54,428 bases of DNA from a virus. Lineage: Duplodnaviria; Caudoviricetes. The number at the start of each line of letters is the position of its first letter. The stretch's first letter is position 1. Location of the stretch: positions 1-54,428 of the IMG/VR virus record IMGVR_UViG_3300020122_000519. One strand, written 5' to 3'. The notes beneath the pieces are model-generated. The model did no database searches and was not told the DNA's origin. It saw nothing but the letters and a program-made list of their open reading frames with translations. The translations under genes were made by a program, and so were the position numbers. Positions 33,976-44,280 of the stretch are shown here, piece by piece.

Positions 33976-33980
33976 GAGCT

Positions 33981-34946
33981 TTAGTTGGCCGGCGGCGTCC
34001 AACTCGTCACGGACGCGCCGCCCAAGATTCCGTCTGTCGAAGAGCCCAGGCCGCGGATCGGGTAGCCCACGAGCTTGCCCGTCTTGAGCACGGAGATGCT
34101 CGAGCACACCGTGCTTGCCTTCTTCCAACTCTTGAGCACCTTGCGGAAGCGCGCAGCGTCTTGGCTGGTGTCCGTCGGCGGGACTTGAGACACGTAGTAG
34201 CGGTCACCAGAGGTAAAGGTGCCAGAGGCGGTGAATTGGGTGCCCGACACAGGGTTGTTGCCGATGCTGTTCAGCGTTTGCGGTGAGCCGAAGGTGATGC
34301 CGCCGTCCGTCGAGACGGCGTACTGAGCTGTGCCAGTAGCCCCGCCCGTGGTGATTTTGATGCACAACTGCACGTCAGGACTGGCGATCCCGACGAACCC
34401 GCTGAGCGTACCGGAGCCCGTACCGACGTGGATGGGCGAGGTCCAGTTGGAGGAACCCAGCCACGCGGCCGGGTAGGGGTGGTCCACGATGATCGAGAAC
34501 GCTGACCAGAAGGATAGGTTCCAGTTGGGGTAGGCTGGATTCCAGCTCTTGTTGGTGCCGATGGCGGTGATGACGAGCGCGCCACTCCCGTTCAGGCTGA
34601 ACTTCGATCCCCGCTGCATCAGGAAGACGTCCTGGTAGCCCATCGAGAACAGCTGGGAGAGGATGCCGAAGGCGGTCCCGCCGAAGACCCAGGCGTCCCA
34701 CGCCTGCTTGAGCCGCAGGGCGTAGGCGGTACTCGACTCGTTGACGCCCTGGATCAACCCCCGCTCGTTGCCGATGGCTCCCAGCGAGTCCGCCGCGGCG
34801 TACTGGGGGAAGCGCTGAACCACCGCCGCGCGCGCCTGGCTCGCCAGGAAGTCCTTCACGATCCCGTAGGCCCTGGTGAAGGACTGGCCGTATGCGCCTT
34901 GCAGCGCGATCGGCATCAGCGCCGGCTGTGCGTCACGGTAGCCCAC
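33981..34946 (-). CDS. Baseplate wedge protein (P2 gpI / Mu gp48-like)
   Basis: Position; LGAIGNERG...ES...Y..RL..AW; carries the ITTGG/STDGG domain. Confidence 0.7.
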   Translation of the reverse strand: MGYRDAQPALMPIALQGAYGQSFTRAYGIVKDFLASQARAAVVQRFPQYAAADSLGAIGNERGLIQGVNESSTAYALRLKQAWDAWVFGGTAFGILSQLFSMGYQDVFLMQRGSKFSLNGSGALVITAIGTNKSWNPAYPNWNLSFWSAFSIIVDHPYPAAWLGSSNWTSPIHVGTGSGTLSGFVGIASPDVQLCIKITTGGATGTAQYAVSTDGGITFGSPQTLNSIGNNPVSGTQFTASGTFTSGDRYYVSQVPPTDTSQDAARFRKVLKSWKKASTVCSSISVLKTGKLVGYPIRGLGSSTDGILGGASVTSWTPPAN

Positions 34947-34947
34947 T

Positions 34948-36651
34948 TTAAGTCACGATGTACGAGACGCCGGCCAAGTTGAAGGCGACGACGTTGCCAG
35001 AGGGCAGCTGCGTGTCCGTGTTCGGCGCCGGCACGGTCAAGAAGACCTCCGTCACGCCCGCCTGCTTCTGGTTGAGCGCGGCCTCGATGTCGCTCCAGTG
35101 GACGACCCCGCCGATTGGAGTGGCGCGCTGCAAGGCCGTGAAGGCCGCCGACACCGCGCCCTGGACCGCAGCCAACGACTGTGCCGGGCAGAAGACTTGC
35201 GCGGTGATGGAGAGCGTGTCGGTGACCGCGTTCTGGATGGAGAGCAGCTCGCAGACGCCCAAGCGCTGCTGGACGTAGGTGGTGATGTTGGCGAGCGCCG
35301 TCGCCGAGATGGGGCCGTTGATGCCGGCCAAAACGATGTCCACCTGCCCCGCCACGGTTCCGTCGGCGCCGATCTGCGTCTGGGAGACCTCCGAGCCGCC
35401 GTTGGGCGCCGTCCTGCACAGGTAGTCGAACGTCGCGTCGGACCCGCCGCCCACGCCGATCGCGCTCCACTTGTTCTCGTCTCGCGCCTGGAGCGCGGGG
35501 TCGCTCTCCTGGTCGAGGCCCGGGGTCAGGATCCAAGAGGCGTAGGAGGTGAAGCTGTAGGTGTCGGTCGCGGTGAAGCTGTTGGCGAGAGTGAGCGTCA
35601 GGCCCGTCGAGCCCAAGCCGTTGAGCAAGGGGATGGGGTAGCTCCCGCCGCCCGGGATGGTGAAGGGGGAGGCGTAGTTGTTGCCGCCGTCCAGGCTGAT
35701 CTGGAGGACGCCCGCGCCGAGTCCCCCGGTGGTGACCACCTTGACCACCACCGAGTAGTTGCCGTTGGGGCTCCCGGACACTGCCACCGTCCCCGCCCCG
35801 CCGCCGCTGTGGGAGACGGAGCTGGTGCCCGGGGCCGGGTTGTTCGCGGTCAGCCCGGGCTTGGGGGTGAGGAGGATGGTGAGGGTGCCGTTCTGGACGT
35901 TGTACGCCGCCCCGGGCTGGATGGCCGAGAAGGGCAGCGAGACGGTGGTGCCGGGCGAGATGGTGGTGCCCGTGGTGTTGGAGAACTGGTAGGCGTTGAC
36001 CCCGCCGCCCGCGGTGTTGGCGACGATGATGTCGCCAGGGTTGATGGTGAGCGGAGAGGCGCTCGCTGAGAGGGTGAGCGAGACCAAGCCCGAGGTCGCC
36101 CCGGGGTTGAAGCGCTCGTTCTCGTAGAGCTGGTCCGAGAGCAGGGTGAGCCAGCCGCCCGTGGCGTACTGCACCAAGCCCCCGCCGGCAATCCCCGGGA
36201 TGGCGTTGCCCGACAAGTCGGCGAGCGTGGTCGCGTCCGCCTCGACGAGCGTGCGAGCTGCGCCGCCAGACTCCCAGTCGTTCACCGGGAATGGCGGGAA
36301 GACCGTCTGGAAGAGGTACTGGTCACCCACCGCGAAGACGCCCGCGAACTGGAGCCTCACGCCGGAGCCGGAGATGACGTAGGTTCCGTTGCTCGGGACG
36401 GTGAAGGGCCCCGAGTAGGTGTTCCCGTCGTCCAAGCTGTACTTGAACGCCGCGGTGCCCGGGCTGCCACCTGTCGTGATGACGATGATGACGTCGTAGG
36501 AGTTGACCGGGGCGCCCGAGGCCACGACGGTGCCCGCGCCGTTGCCTACTTGCTGCATCGGCCCGATGCCTTGGAGGGTCTCCAAGAGCAGTGCCTTGGC
36601 CTGGTCCGCCGTGACGGGCGGCAGGAGGGTCGCGAGGGTGACGAGGGCCAT
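34948..36651 (-). CDS. Baseplate J-like protein
   Basis: ATGGWL, PGAAYN, GLDQESDPALQAR; two ITTGG/SLDGG-type domains. Confidence 0.85.
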   Translation of the reverse strand: MALVTLATLLPPVTADQAKALLLETLQGIGPMQQVGNGAGTVVASGAPVNSYDVIIVITTGGSPGTAAFKYSLDDGNTYSGPFTVPSNGTYVISGSGVRLQFAGVFAVGDQYLFQTVFPPFPVNDWESGGAARTLVEADATTLADLSGNAIPGIAGGGLVQYATGGWLTLLSDQLYENERFNPGATSGLVSLTLSASASPLTINPGDIIVANTAGGGVNAYQFSNTTGTTISPGTTVSLPFSAIQPGAAYNVQNGTLTILLTPKPGLTANNPAPGTSSVSHSGGGAGTVAVSGSPNGNYSVVVKVVTTGGLGAGVLQISLDGGNNYASPFTIPGGGSYPIPLLNGLGSTGLTLTLANSFTATDTYSFTSYASWILTPGLDQESDPALQARDENKWSAIGVGGGSDATFDYLCRTAPNGGSEVSQTQIGADGTVAGQVDIVLAGINGPISATALANITTYVQQRLGVCELLSIQNAVTDTLSITAQVFCPAQSLAAVQGAVSAAFTALQRATPIGGVVHWSDIEAALNQKQAGVTEVFLTVPAPNTDTQLPSGNVVAFNLAGVSYIVT

Positions 36652-36657
36652 GCGGGT

Positions 36658-37059
36658 CTACGTGGTCGCCTGTTGCGGAGCGAGGAGCGTCACGGTGACG
36701 GAGGTGACGGCCAGGATGAAGGTGAAAGGTCCGGCCGCAGTCGCGACGTTGATGCTGAGCTTCAACGACTTGGACGCTGAGATGAATTGGACGCCGCACG
36801 TGCAGGAGAGGACCCGCTCGTCTTTGAGACACTCGGCCTGAACGTCGGAGGCGAGCTGTGGCAGCGTCTTGGGGCCGATTGCCTCGTTGAGGTAGCTGCG
36901 GATGTCGGTCCCGTAGTTCGGGTCGTAGAACAGTCCACCGCGCGGGGTCTCGAGCCGGTGGGCGAGCGCCTGTCCTAAGTTGGTCGTCCCCGACACCAGG
37001 CCGAAGTTTGGATCCAAGTCATTCAGGAATCCGATGTCTGAGCCGAAGTCGACGGCCAT
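36658..37059 (-). CDS. Baseplate gp25/gpW/gp46-like protein
   Basis: RLETPRGGLFYDPNYG...DERV. Confidence 0.8.
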   Translation of the reverse strand: MAVDFGSDIGFLNDLDPNFGLVSGTTNLGQALAHRLETPRGGLFYDPNYGTDIRSYLNEAIGPKTLPQLASDVQAECLKDERVLSCTCGVQFISASKSLKLSINVATAAGPFTFILAVTSVTVTLLAPQQATT

Positions 37060-37064
37060 TTAGG

Positions 37065-37709
37065 TCACGCAGTCTTGGACACGAGGGAGAGCGCCGCGTT
37101 GACCGCCGCGCCGAAGGCCCCGACGGCTCCGGACATCGTCACGGACGCGGCCGAGAGCGCGGCGTTCGCCGCATTGGCGACGGGAGTCGCGGAGTGGCTG
37201 GGGTCCGCGAGGCCCTCGATCGCGAGCTCGTACGCCGTCATCGCCGCGCAGAAGGTGTCGATCGCCAGCTGGAACGTCTCCCACCCCGTCACCAGCGTCG
37301 CGACGGCTGCGGCGAACTGGTTGCCCAAGACGAGCTGCTGGCTCGCGCTCGCCCCCAGGTTGACCGCCGGCGCGACGAGGCTCGCGCTCTGCGAGGCCTG
37401 CGCGGTCCACTGCGCGAGCCCTGGGGCCTCCCACAGCCGCAGCTCTGGCTTGCTGGGGTCGCCCCCGTCCCAAGCCAGCATCGCCCGAGGGGACTGGCTG
37501 GGGTCCACGGTGAGCGAGAAGCCGGGGAAGGGGAGCTTCAGGGGGATGCCCGAGTGCCCTGGGATGCGCGGGTCGTCGGGTTGGAAGTCGAAGGCGTTCG
37601 AGCCGCTCTGGGCTACCACGCGCCCGCCCCACACCCGCGAGTACATCTCCCGGGGGAACTGGGCCCGGATGAAGGCGGCCGCGCTCTCTTTCCCGCGGTC
37701 GAGGTTCAC
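37065..37709 (-). CDS. Baseplate central spike (gpV/gp45-like)
   Basis: Position; OB-like N-terminus ending WDGGDPSKP. Confidence 0.65.
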   Translation of the reverse strand: MNLDRGKESAAAFIRAQFPREMYSRVWGGRVVAQSGSNAFDFQPDDPRIPGHSGIPLKLPFPGFSLTVDPSQSPRAMLAWDGGDPSKPELRLWEAPGLAQWTAQASQSASLVAPAVNLGASASQQLVLGNQFAAAVATLVTGWETFQLAIDTFCAAMTAYELAIEGLADPSHSATPVANAANAALSAASVTMSGAVGAFGAAVNAALSLVSKTA

Positions 37710-38065
37710 GTCGCGTCACCGTTGGTCACAAACCCGTGCCACCCGCAGCCGCCGATCACCTGGATGCTCGGGGTGGTCGAGATGTCGGAGAGCGATGTCC
37801 CGCTCACGCCCCAGCGCGGCCGTCCTTGGGCTTCCCGCTGCGCCATCTCCGGCCTCCCATCGTGGGCCTTGAAGGGCACCGAGATGAAGTGCGCCCCTTC
37901 GGCGTAGCCCGTCCCGTCGTCGCGCATCACTCTGGGGCAGCTGGCCGCACACTTGGGGCACTGGAAGTAGAGGACGTCGGCGTCCGCGACGCGGTCGACC
38001 CCGACGTTCTCGTTGGCGCTCAAGTCCAAGCGGTAGAGCTTGGCGTCTAACAGGGCGAGCTTCAC
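37706..38065 (-). CDS. DUF6527-like metal-binding protein
   Basis: FQCPKC...H...W...TPSI...CGWHGFVTNG. Confidence 0.65.
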   Translation of the reverse strand: MKLALLDAKLYRLDLSANENVGVDRVADADVLYFQCPKCAASCPRVMRDDGTGYAEGAHFISVPFKAHDGRPEMAQREAQGRPRWGVSGTSLSDISTTPSIQVIGGCGWHGFVTNGDAT

Positions 38066-38733
38066 TCGAACCAGATCCTCACGCGGCTGTCCGCGTCCGC
38101 GATGAAGTGCTCCACCACGGACACCGGCCGCCCGTTGAAAGTCTCCCCCGGGTTGACCTTCGGCGCCTCGGAGGCGATGACTTGGATGCCTTCCAAGGGC
38201 ATGTAGTCGATGAGCTCGAAGTCGGTGAGCGCGGACTGAGCGAAGCCGTCCACCCCGAAGAAGACCGTACCGTCCACGAGGGTCCGCCACACGCACCCGC
38301 CGCCAGCCGCGTCCGCCAGGGATGAGAGGGCTTCGGAGGCCGACTGCTGGACCATGCTCCAGAAAGGCAGCTGGGTGGCCAAGTCCTCCGGGATCGAGGT
38401 CCCCGACAGGCTCTCCCCGGCGTCCTTTAACGCATCGTTCAACGGCTGCGAGACTTGAACGCCTCGATAAAACCGGGGCGTGACGAGCTTGCCCAAACCG
38501 TTCTGCCCGCCCACCATGCGCAATGTGACGTTCTGCGCGTAGGCGTCCCCGCGGAGGATGGTCCCCTTGAAGGTGAACGTCCCACCGTTGGTGACCAGCG
38601 TTCCGGTGCCCCCTTGGGGCAGCTGCGAGGCCGTCTGTGCGTCTGCCACGAGCTCCGCCGTCCACAGGCCGACGCGCGGGCGGAGCACCCGGGCCTTCAT
38701 GATCGGGTATCCATTGAGGGTGGTGTTCGCCAT
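38062..38733 (-). CDS. Baseplate hub protein
   Basis: Position upstream of the spike; PRVGLWTAEL, WRTLVDGTVFFG. Confidence 0.65.
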   Translation of the reverse strand: MANTTLNGYPIMKARVLRPRVGLWTAELVADAQTASQLPQGGTGTLVTNGGTFTFKGTILRGDAYAQNVTLRMVGGQNGLGKLVTPRFYRGVQVSQPLNDALKDAGESLSGTSIPEDLATQLPFWSMVQQSASEALSSLADAAGGGCVWRTLVDGTVFFGVDGFAQSALTDFELIDYMPLEGIQVIASEAPKVNPGETFNGRPVSVVEHFIADADSRVRIWFE

Positions 38734-38738
38734 CGCGC

Positions 38739-39467
38739 CTAGTGCCCTGTGGGGCTCATGAACTTGGGGTCGAAGCTCGCCAGCGGGGCCGCCTGCGGCT
38801 GGAAGGAGGCCAGCTGGTTACCGGGCGAACCGCGGACGAAGGATGCTGCGGCGATCGGCGTCTCCGTGGCGTTCTTGTTGTCAGGCTTACGCCACTCGAT
38901 GAGTTCGATGTCTTGCTCCCAGCAACCGTTGGTGCCCGGGGTCGGATGCAGGAGGCTGATCCTGCTGATGAGCACCGCGCTGATGCTCTGGAGCGCGAGC
39001 GCGGGGTGGTAGACATCCACCGCGAGAGAGGCTGCGTTATGCGCCGCCTCAAACATCGGCTGCAACAACGGCATGATCAACCACAGCGCGTAGAGCTGCT
39101 GCCGCGTCCAGATGCGCTCGGTCACCTTGATGGTCGCGGGGTCGAACCCCTGGTGAGTGATGGTCGCAAAGTTCTTGCCCGGAGACTTCTTGATGTCGAA
39201 GCGCTTCGCCCGGCCGCCGCTGACCGAGCACAACCCGGGGAGCGTCTGCCCCGCGAGGCGGACCACGGCCCACTCTGGGAAGTTGGAGTTGGAGGGGTCG
39301 AGGGAGGAGGGTTGGTCCCAGAAGGGGATCGGGTTCCTCCCGCCGGTCGCGTCCAGGCCGAAGGTGTTGATGCCCGGGACGTCGTCGGACGGGATGTTCT
39401 GCTGGGGCCCTCCTCCACTCACCCAGGGCGAGGCGAGCATCGGGTATGGGGCGGCGGGGTCGCTCAA
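38739..39467 (-). CDS. Tail tube initiator / distal tail protein
   Basis: TTGA-coupled to the tape measure gene; LAGQTLPG...IELIEW. Confidence 0.6.
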   Translation of the reverse strand: MSDPAAPYPMLASPWVSGGGPQQNIPSDDVPGINTFGLDATGGRNPIPFWDQPSSLDPSNSNFPEWAVVRLAGQTLPGLCSVSGGRAKRFDIKKSPGKNFATITHQGFDPATIKVTERIWTRQQLYALWLIMPLLQPMFEAAHNAASLAVDVYHPALALQSISAVLISRISLLHPTPGTNGCWEQDIELIEWRKPDNKNATETPIAAASFVRGSPGNQLASFQPQAAPLASFDPKFMSPTGH

Positions 39468-41014
39468 TGGGAGACCCCCATCTGCTGCGCGAGCGTGTCC
39501 AGCGCGCCCTGGAGCTCGCCCAAGCCCAAGCGGTGGATGAGGGTCCCCAACTCCTGGTGCGAGACGCTGGCCTCGGGGTGGATGTTGATGGTCTGGGTGA
39601 TGGGCGCGTGGAGTCCGCCGCTCATCTTGCTGTCGGGGATGACGCTCTCCCCTTCGCCACCCTCGCCGATCCACGCGAGCGTCGGGCCGTCCACGTGGCC
39701 GCCCGAGGCGAAGTGCGCAGAAGCGAGTTTCGCCTGCTCGTCCCACCCGAGCGTGTTGATGTCGACGCCAGGCGGCAAGGAGACGCTCTGGCTGGCGCCC
39801 GTGCCCACGAAGGCGCTCTTGACGTGCTCCGCGGCCGTACCGATCTTCGCGTTGAGGGCGAAGACGTCCATCAGACTGCCGATTCCCGTGTCGAGCCAGA
39901 GTTCCGCGAGCTTGGTGATGGGCGGGATGACCTTGATCACCAGGTCCGTGATCGCCGCCACTGCTGAGCCGAATTGGTAGAGGCCATCGGTGAAGCGCCG
40001 CATCCCCTCGTCGCTGGCCAAGGGCGCGAGGAGCTTCTCCACCGAGTCGAAGAGGTGGTCCAGCATGACTCCCCAGCGCTTGCCGGATTCGGTGGCGGGG
40101 TCCATCGCGGTCGCCACCTTGCCGATGATCTCCGACAGACGGTCCAACGCCCCGGACTCGGCCACCCGGCCCAAGAGGTCATCCCAGGTGTTGCGCAGCT
40201 TCTGGATCTGCCCGGGCAGGGTCTTCCCCATGTCCTCGGTGGTCTGCCCCACCTTCCCGTGGAGGTCCCCGAAGGTCGACAGGACGGCCTTCATCACGCG
40301 GTCCGCGTCGAACATCGTCCCGCGCAGCTCCTTGAGGTTTACCCCGGACATCCCGAGCTTCTTGGCCAGGGCCTCTAAGGGGATGCCCATCTGCTCGAAG
40401 GTCATCGCCACCTGGCGGCCCATCACCTTGCCCTGCTGGTTCATCTGGGCGAAGGTGGCGATGGTGGCCTCGGCCGGCGGCCCCATCATCTTCTCAACGT
40501 CCAGGGCGAACTGGGAGATCTTGGATATCGAGAGGTCTCCCTCGGTGGCCTTGAGCCCTCCCAAGAGCCCCTTGCCGAAGATCTTGGCGATCCGGTCGTA
40601 GGACTCGCCGAACTGGTTGGCGAAGCCCTTGACCTCCTCCATCACGTCGTGGGCCTGCCCTGCGCTGCCGGTCAAGCCCTTGAAGGCGATTAGGGTCTTC
40701 TGCTCGAAGAGGCCAGCCTCGATCGCCGACTTCGCCAGCTCCACGCCGAGTTCGGCCGCCTTCTCGACCAACTCCCCGATGACCGCCACGCCCTCCTTGG
40801 CGAGTTCGAAGACGGCGAACTTCTCGGCGATCCCCTCGAGGAATTGGTCCTTGAGGTCCTTGTTCGCGTGAGAGACCTTCGCGAAGAAGTCGTCCGACTC
40901 CTTGCCGGCGTCGTGACTCTTCTTCTGCACCTTCTCGAGCGCCGAGGACATCTTGTCGGCGGTGGCCGACATCTTGTCCTGCAACTCGAGGATGAATTGC
41001 AGGGTGTCGCCCAT
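39464..41014 (-). CDS. Tape measure protein
   Basis: Helical, Ala/Lys-rich; C-terminal FASGG.V.GPT...IGEGG.E. Confidence 0.85.
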   Translation of the reverse strand: MGDTLQFILELQDKMSATADKMSSALEKVQKKSHDAGKESDDFFAKVSHANKDLKDQFLEGIAEKFAVFELAKEGVAVIGELVEKAAELGVELAKSAIEAGLFEQKTLIAFKGLTGSAGQAHDVMEEVKGFANQFGESYDRIAKIFGKGLLGGLKATEGDLSISKISQFALDVEKMMGPPAEATIATFAQMNQQGKVMGRQVAMTFEQMGIPLEALAKKLGMSGVNLKELRGTMFDADRVMKAVLSTFGDLHGKVGQTTEDMGKTLPGQIQKLRNTWDDLLGRVAESGALDRLSEIIGKVATAMDPATESGKRWGVMLDHLFDSVEKLLAPLASDEGMRRFTDGLYQFGSAVAAITDLVIKVIPPITKLAELWLDTGIGSLMDVFALNAKIGTAAEHVKSAFVGTGASQSVSLPPGVDINTLGWDEQAKLASAHFASGGHVDGPTLAWIGEGGEGESVIPDSKMSGGLHAPITQTINIHPEASVSHQELGTLIHRLGLGELQGALDTLAQQMGVSH

Positions 41015-41020
41015 CGGGAG

Positions 41021-41478
41021 TCAGCGCTTCGGGTCAAAGCGTTTCATGAATCGAACGACGAGGAGGGCCCCTGCCAAGTCTTTGGCGTCGCCCTTCTTGC
41101 GCACGAAGGCCTGGAGGCACCGCGCCTGCTCGAGGGGGCCGGACTCGAGCAGGTTTAGAGCTTTTTTACTTCGATGACCTCGTCAGCCCCGGCTGCATCC
41201 GTGAGCTTGTCGGACCACTTCTCGAGCAGGAGCGGCCGCTCGTTTAGGATCTGCTGGAACGTCTCGCTGTCGGGGTAGGCCAGGCAGGTCGCCAATAGCC
41301 CCTTGTTCGCCTCCGGGATCTTCGCTCGGTCCGAGCCGTGGCGCGTCCGGTAGGCGTCCATCTCCACGCCGTTGGGGACCCGGAAGACGACCTCCGCAGT
41401 CTTCGACTTGAACGCGACCAACTCGCGACCTGAATTCGCAGCGTCCGCCTTCAGCTGTTTCAACTTCGCCTCATCCAT
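41021..41478 (-). CDS. Tail assembly chaperone (41155-41478) with a -1 frameshift extension to 41021
   Basis: A AAA AAG slippery site at 41167-41161; -1 frame open (ALNLLESG...FDPKR*) up to just before the tape measure gene. Confidence 0.8.
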
Positions 41479-41493
41479 CTAGTTTGCCTCGCC

Positions 41494-42015
41494 TTACCCG
41501 AGCGTCATGAACTGGTTGGCCGGGTTCACCGTGAGAGCGGACTGGCCGTTTCGGAGCAGGTAGAAGTAGGAGCACTCGATCTTGTGGGCAAGCGCGTCTT
41601 GGCCGGTCTTGAAGGAGCTGCTGATCTTGTTGATCGAGACGCCGCGGCATAGGTCTACGTAGAGGGGGCCTAAGTTCAGGCCACTCCCGTCCTGCTTGGC
41701 CACGCGGACATCGAAGCGCGCGAGCATGTAGCCGGAGCCGGGCGTGCCGTTGATCGCGCAGATCGCCGTGAGGAGGTTCTCGAGCTCCAGTGCGAGGATG
41801 GTGAATGACAGGCTCGGCTTGTACTGCCCCACCGTCTCGCCGAGCTTCTGGGGCGTGCCGTTCGCGTAGATCTCCCCCTTCTTGAGCTCCTCGGCGTAGT
41901 CGATGTCGAGGATGCCCGGGAGGGGGGCGCCGCTCGCGGTGAAGGTGAGGGCTGAGAAGTCCCATCGGTAGCCGTTGATCAGCGGAGCGGGGATGGGCGT
42001 CGGGTTGGTCGGCAT
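41494..42015 (-). CDS. Tail tube protein
   Basis: Follows the sheath; INGYRWDFS...IDY. Confidence 0.8.
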   Translation of the reverse strand: MPTNPTPIPAPLINGYRWDFSALTFTASGAPLPGILDIDYAEELKKGEIYANGTPQKLGETVGQYKPSLSFTILALELENLLTAICAINGTPGSGYMLARFDVRVAKQDGSGLNLGPLYVDLCRGVSINKISSSFKTGQDALAHKIECSYFYLLRNGQSALTVNPANQFMTLG

Positions 42016-42053
42016 GGTGCCCTCTTGGCTGTTGGATTGAAGGGCCTAGGCGA

Positions 42054-43781
42054 TCAGACGGTCAGCGTCGGGTTGAGGAACCCGATGTTCACCGCGATGG
42101 TGTGCGCGTAACCGAACGGCTGGATCCGCACGGTCTCGTTGATGGTCCTGGACGCGTAGACGTTGTTCGACTGGTCGATGACGACGGAGCTGGAGATCGC
42201 CGCGCCCGGCCCCGTGACGCCCGCCTGGAGCGCCCCGTTGACGGTGTCTTGGATGGTCGCCGCCTGGGCCGGCGTCACCGTCCCGCCGGTCGCGTTGAGC
42301 CTGAGGGTGTCGTTCAGGAACTGGACCGTGGCCGGGTAGGCGACGGTGCAGGCCAGGTCCATCACCCGGCGGTTTTGAGAAGGCGCGAAGTCGCTGCCCA
42401 CCGTCTCGAACATGTGCCCGTTGGTGATGTAGAAGCCGGTGAGGCCCTGGATGGTGCGCGCGGTGGTGAAGTTGAGCGCGTCCAGCGCGGGGGTAAGTCC
42501 CTCGTCGCGCAGGAGCGAGACGACGCCCAACAGCGAGCCGTCCTTCACCCGCCCCAAGTCGTTCTGCTCTGGCACCAGGGCTTCGCGAGCCGCGACGGAG
42601 ATGCCGATGTTCCGCGTGAGCTGGCCGCTGCCCGGGATGGAGCTCTGGACGACTTCGAAGCCGGCGCACACGTTGACCCGGGTGCACACGGTGGACGCGA
42701 AGGCGGAGGAGATCTGCGCGTCGGAGTCCTGAGCGCACTCCATATCCGCGTGGGTGTAGCGGAAGTAGGTGGACGCTGCTGACACCGCCAAGGTCTCCAA
42801 ACCCGCCGCCATCGCCGCTGAGCCGGAGACGCTCGATGCGGGACCCACCAGGTGGACGAAGCCGAAAGACGCGTTGGAGGCCATCAGCGCCGCCCACGCG
42901 TTCTGCACGTCCGTCAGGACGAAGCCCGGAGCGGTGCAGGTGAACGCGTAGGTGTCGAGCGCGACGTACGTGCCAGAGGCGAAGGTGAGCGTCAGGCCCG
43001 TGTTGGGGATGACGAAGGACCCTCCGGAGGGGATGAGGTAGGTGGCCGAGAACGTCTTGCCGCCGTCCTGGCTGAACTGGAACTGCCCGACTCCCAGCGC
43101 TCCTCCGGTGGTGATGAGCGCCACCACGCTGTAGGCGTCGTTCGGAGAGCCGCTCACGGTGACTGCCGGGACCCCGGTACCCGTGTGGACGACCGCCGAG
43201 TTGGTCCCCGCGACGGAAGGGTTGATGGGCATCGCCAGCACCTGGCCGCCTGCGACGTCCAAGGAGTGCGTCACGGCCTCGGACAAAGGCCCGTAGCCCA
43301 AGTCGATGACGGCTTGGACCGGGTTGGTCTCTGGGATGAGGGTGTTGATGGTGCCGGAGACGCCGCCGGTCAAGAAGGTCTGCGAGGCAGCGACCGCCAA
43401 GTCGGCGGGGCCGGTGGCGACGGCCGTCACCAAGGCGGCGGCAGGTGCGCTGCCGGCGATCGCGGTCACCACGTCCGAGTTGAGCGTCGTCGCGGCCTTG
43501 ATCTGGACGGTGATCGCCTTGTTCACCACGGTGATGGTGGGCGCTTGGACGCTGTTGCCCGTGGTGTAGGTGACGGAGATTTGGTTTCCAGCTGCGCCGG
43601 CCGCGACGGCGGTGAAGGTGACTCCGTCCGGGTTGGTGGTGGAGGGGATCAACTTCGAGGCCGCCACCGACGCGGTCGCCTTCGAGCAGATACCCATCTT
43701 GACACAGACTTTTGAGACGTTCGCCGGGATGGTCCCGAGCGCCCCGTCCTGAATGGTGAAGTTGACGGCTGGAATCGCCAT
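42054..43781 (-). CDS. Contractile tail sheath (DUF2586-like)
   Basis: IQDGALG, LGYGPL, GRVKDG, GFYIT, RRVMD. Confidence 0.85.
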   Translation of the reverse strand: MAIPAVNFTIQDGALGTIPANVSKVCVKMGICSKATASVAASKLIPSTTNPDGVTFTAVAAGAAGNQISVTYTTGNSVQAPTITVVNKAITVQIKAATTLNSDVVTAIAGSAPAAALVTAVATGPADLAVAASQTFLTGGVSGTINTLIPETNPVQAVIDLGYGPLSEAVTHSLDVAGGQVLAMPINPSVAGTNSAVVHTGTGVPAVTVSGSPNDAYSVVALITTGGALGVGQFQFSQDGGKTFSATYLIPSGGSFVIPNTGLTLTFASGTYVALDTYAFTCTAPGFVLTDVQNAWAALMASNASFGFVHLVGPASSVSGSAAMAAGLETLAVSAASTYFRYTHADMECAQDSDAQISSAFASTVCTRVNVCAGFEVVQSSIPGSGQLTRNIGISVAAREALVPEQNDLGRVKDGSLLGVVSLLRDEGLTPALDALNFTTARTIQGLTGFYITNGHMFETVGSDFAPSQNRRVMDLACTVAYPATVQFLNDTLRLNATGGTVTPAQAATIQDTVNGALQAGVTGPGAAISSSVVIDQSNNVYASRTINETVRIQPFGYAHTIAVNIGFLNPTLTV

Positions 43782-43863
43782 GGTCGCTCCTCGAAGGCGC
43801 AGGCCCGCGTTACGGCCGCGCGCCGAAGGACTCGTCGGTGGTGAGGTGAGTGTTTAAGAAGCC

Positions 43864-44280
43864 CTAGTACCCGTGCCGCTCGGAGAGGACGCGTTCGATT
43901 GCCTCGTCGTATGCCTCGAGGGACATCTCCGCGTGCATCGGCCACTTGTGGAAGGCCTTGGCAGCGGCGAAGTGGCAGGGGTCCGTCCCGCGCACCTTGG
44001 CGAGCAGCTCCACCGCGCTGGAGGACAGCTGCACCGGGTCCACCCCGCGGAGCAGCTCGTGAACCTGGGGCGGCAGGTGTCCCCAGTCCTGCTGGTGTTT
44101 GACCTCGGCCTTGTACTCCGCCGCTTGCTTCGCGCTCATCGTCTCTTGCTGCCGCTTCGTGAGCTGCTCGAAGGGCTTGAGCTTCCGGAAGACTGTGGGC
44201 GCGAATTGCCGCGGCGCGGGCTTGGGCTTCGTGGCCTCCGCCTTCGACTCGCTCGCCTCGCCAAACTCTGTCTCGCTCAT
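43864..44280 (-). CDS. Hypothetical protein upstream of the sheath
   Basis: C-terminal AAAKAFHKW...Y..AI. Confidence 0.6.
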   Translation of the reverse strand: MSETEFGEASESKAEATKPKPAPRQFAPTVFRKLKPFEQLTKRQQETMSAKQAAEYKAEVKHQQDWGHLPPQVHELLRGVDPVQLSSSAVELLAKVRGTDPCHFAAAKAFHKWPMHAEMSLEAYDEAIERVLSERHGY

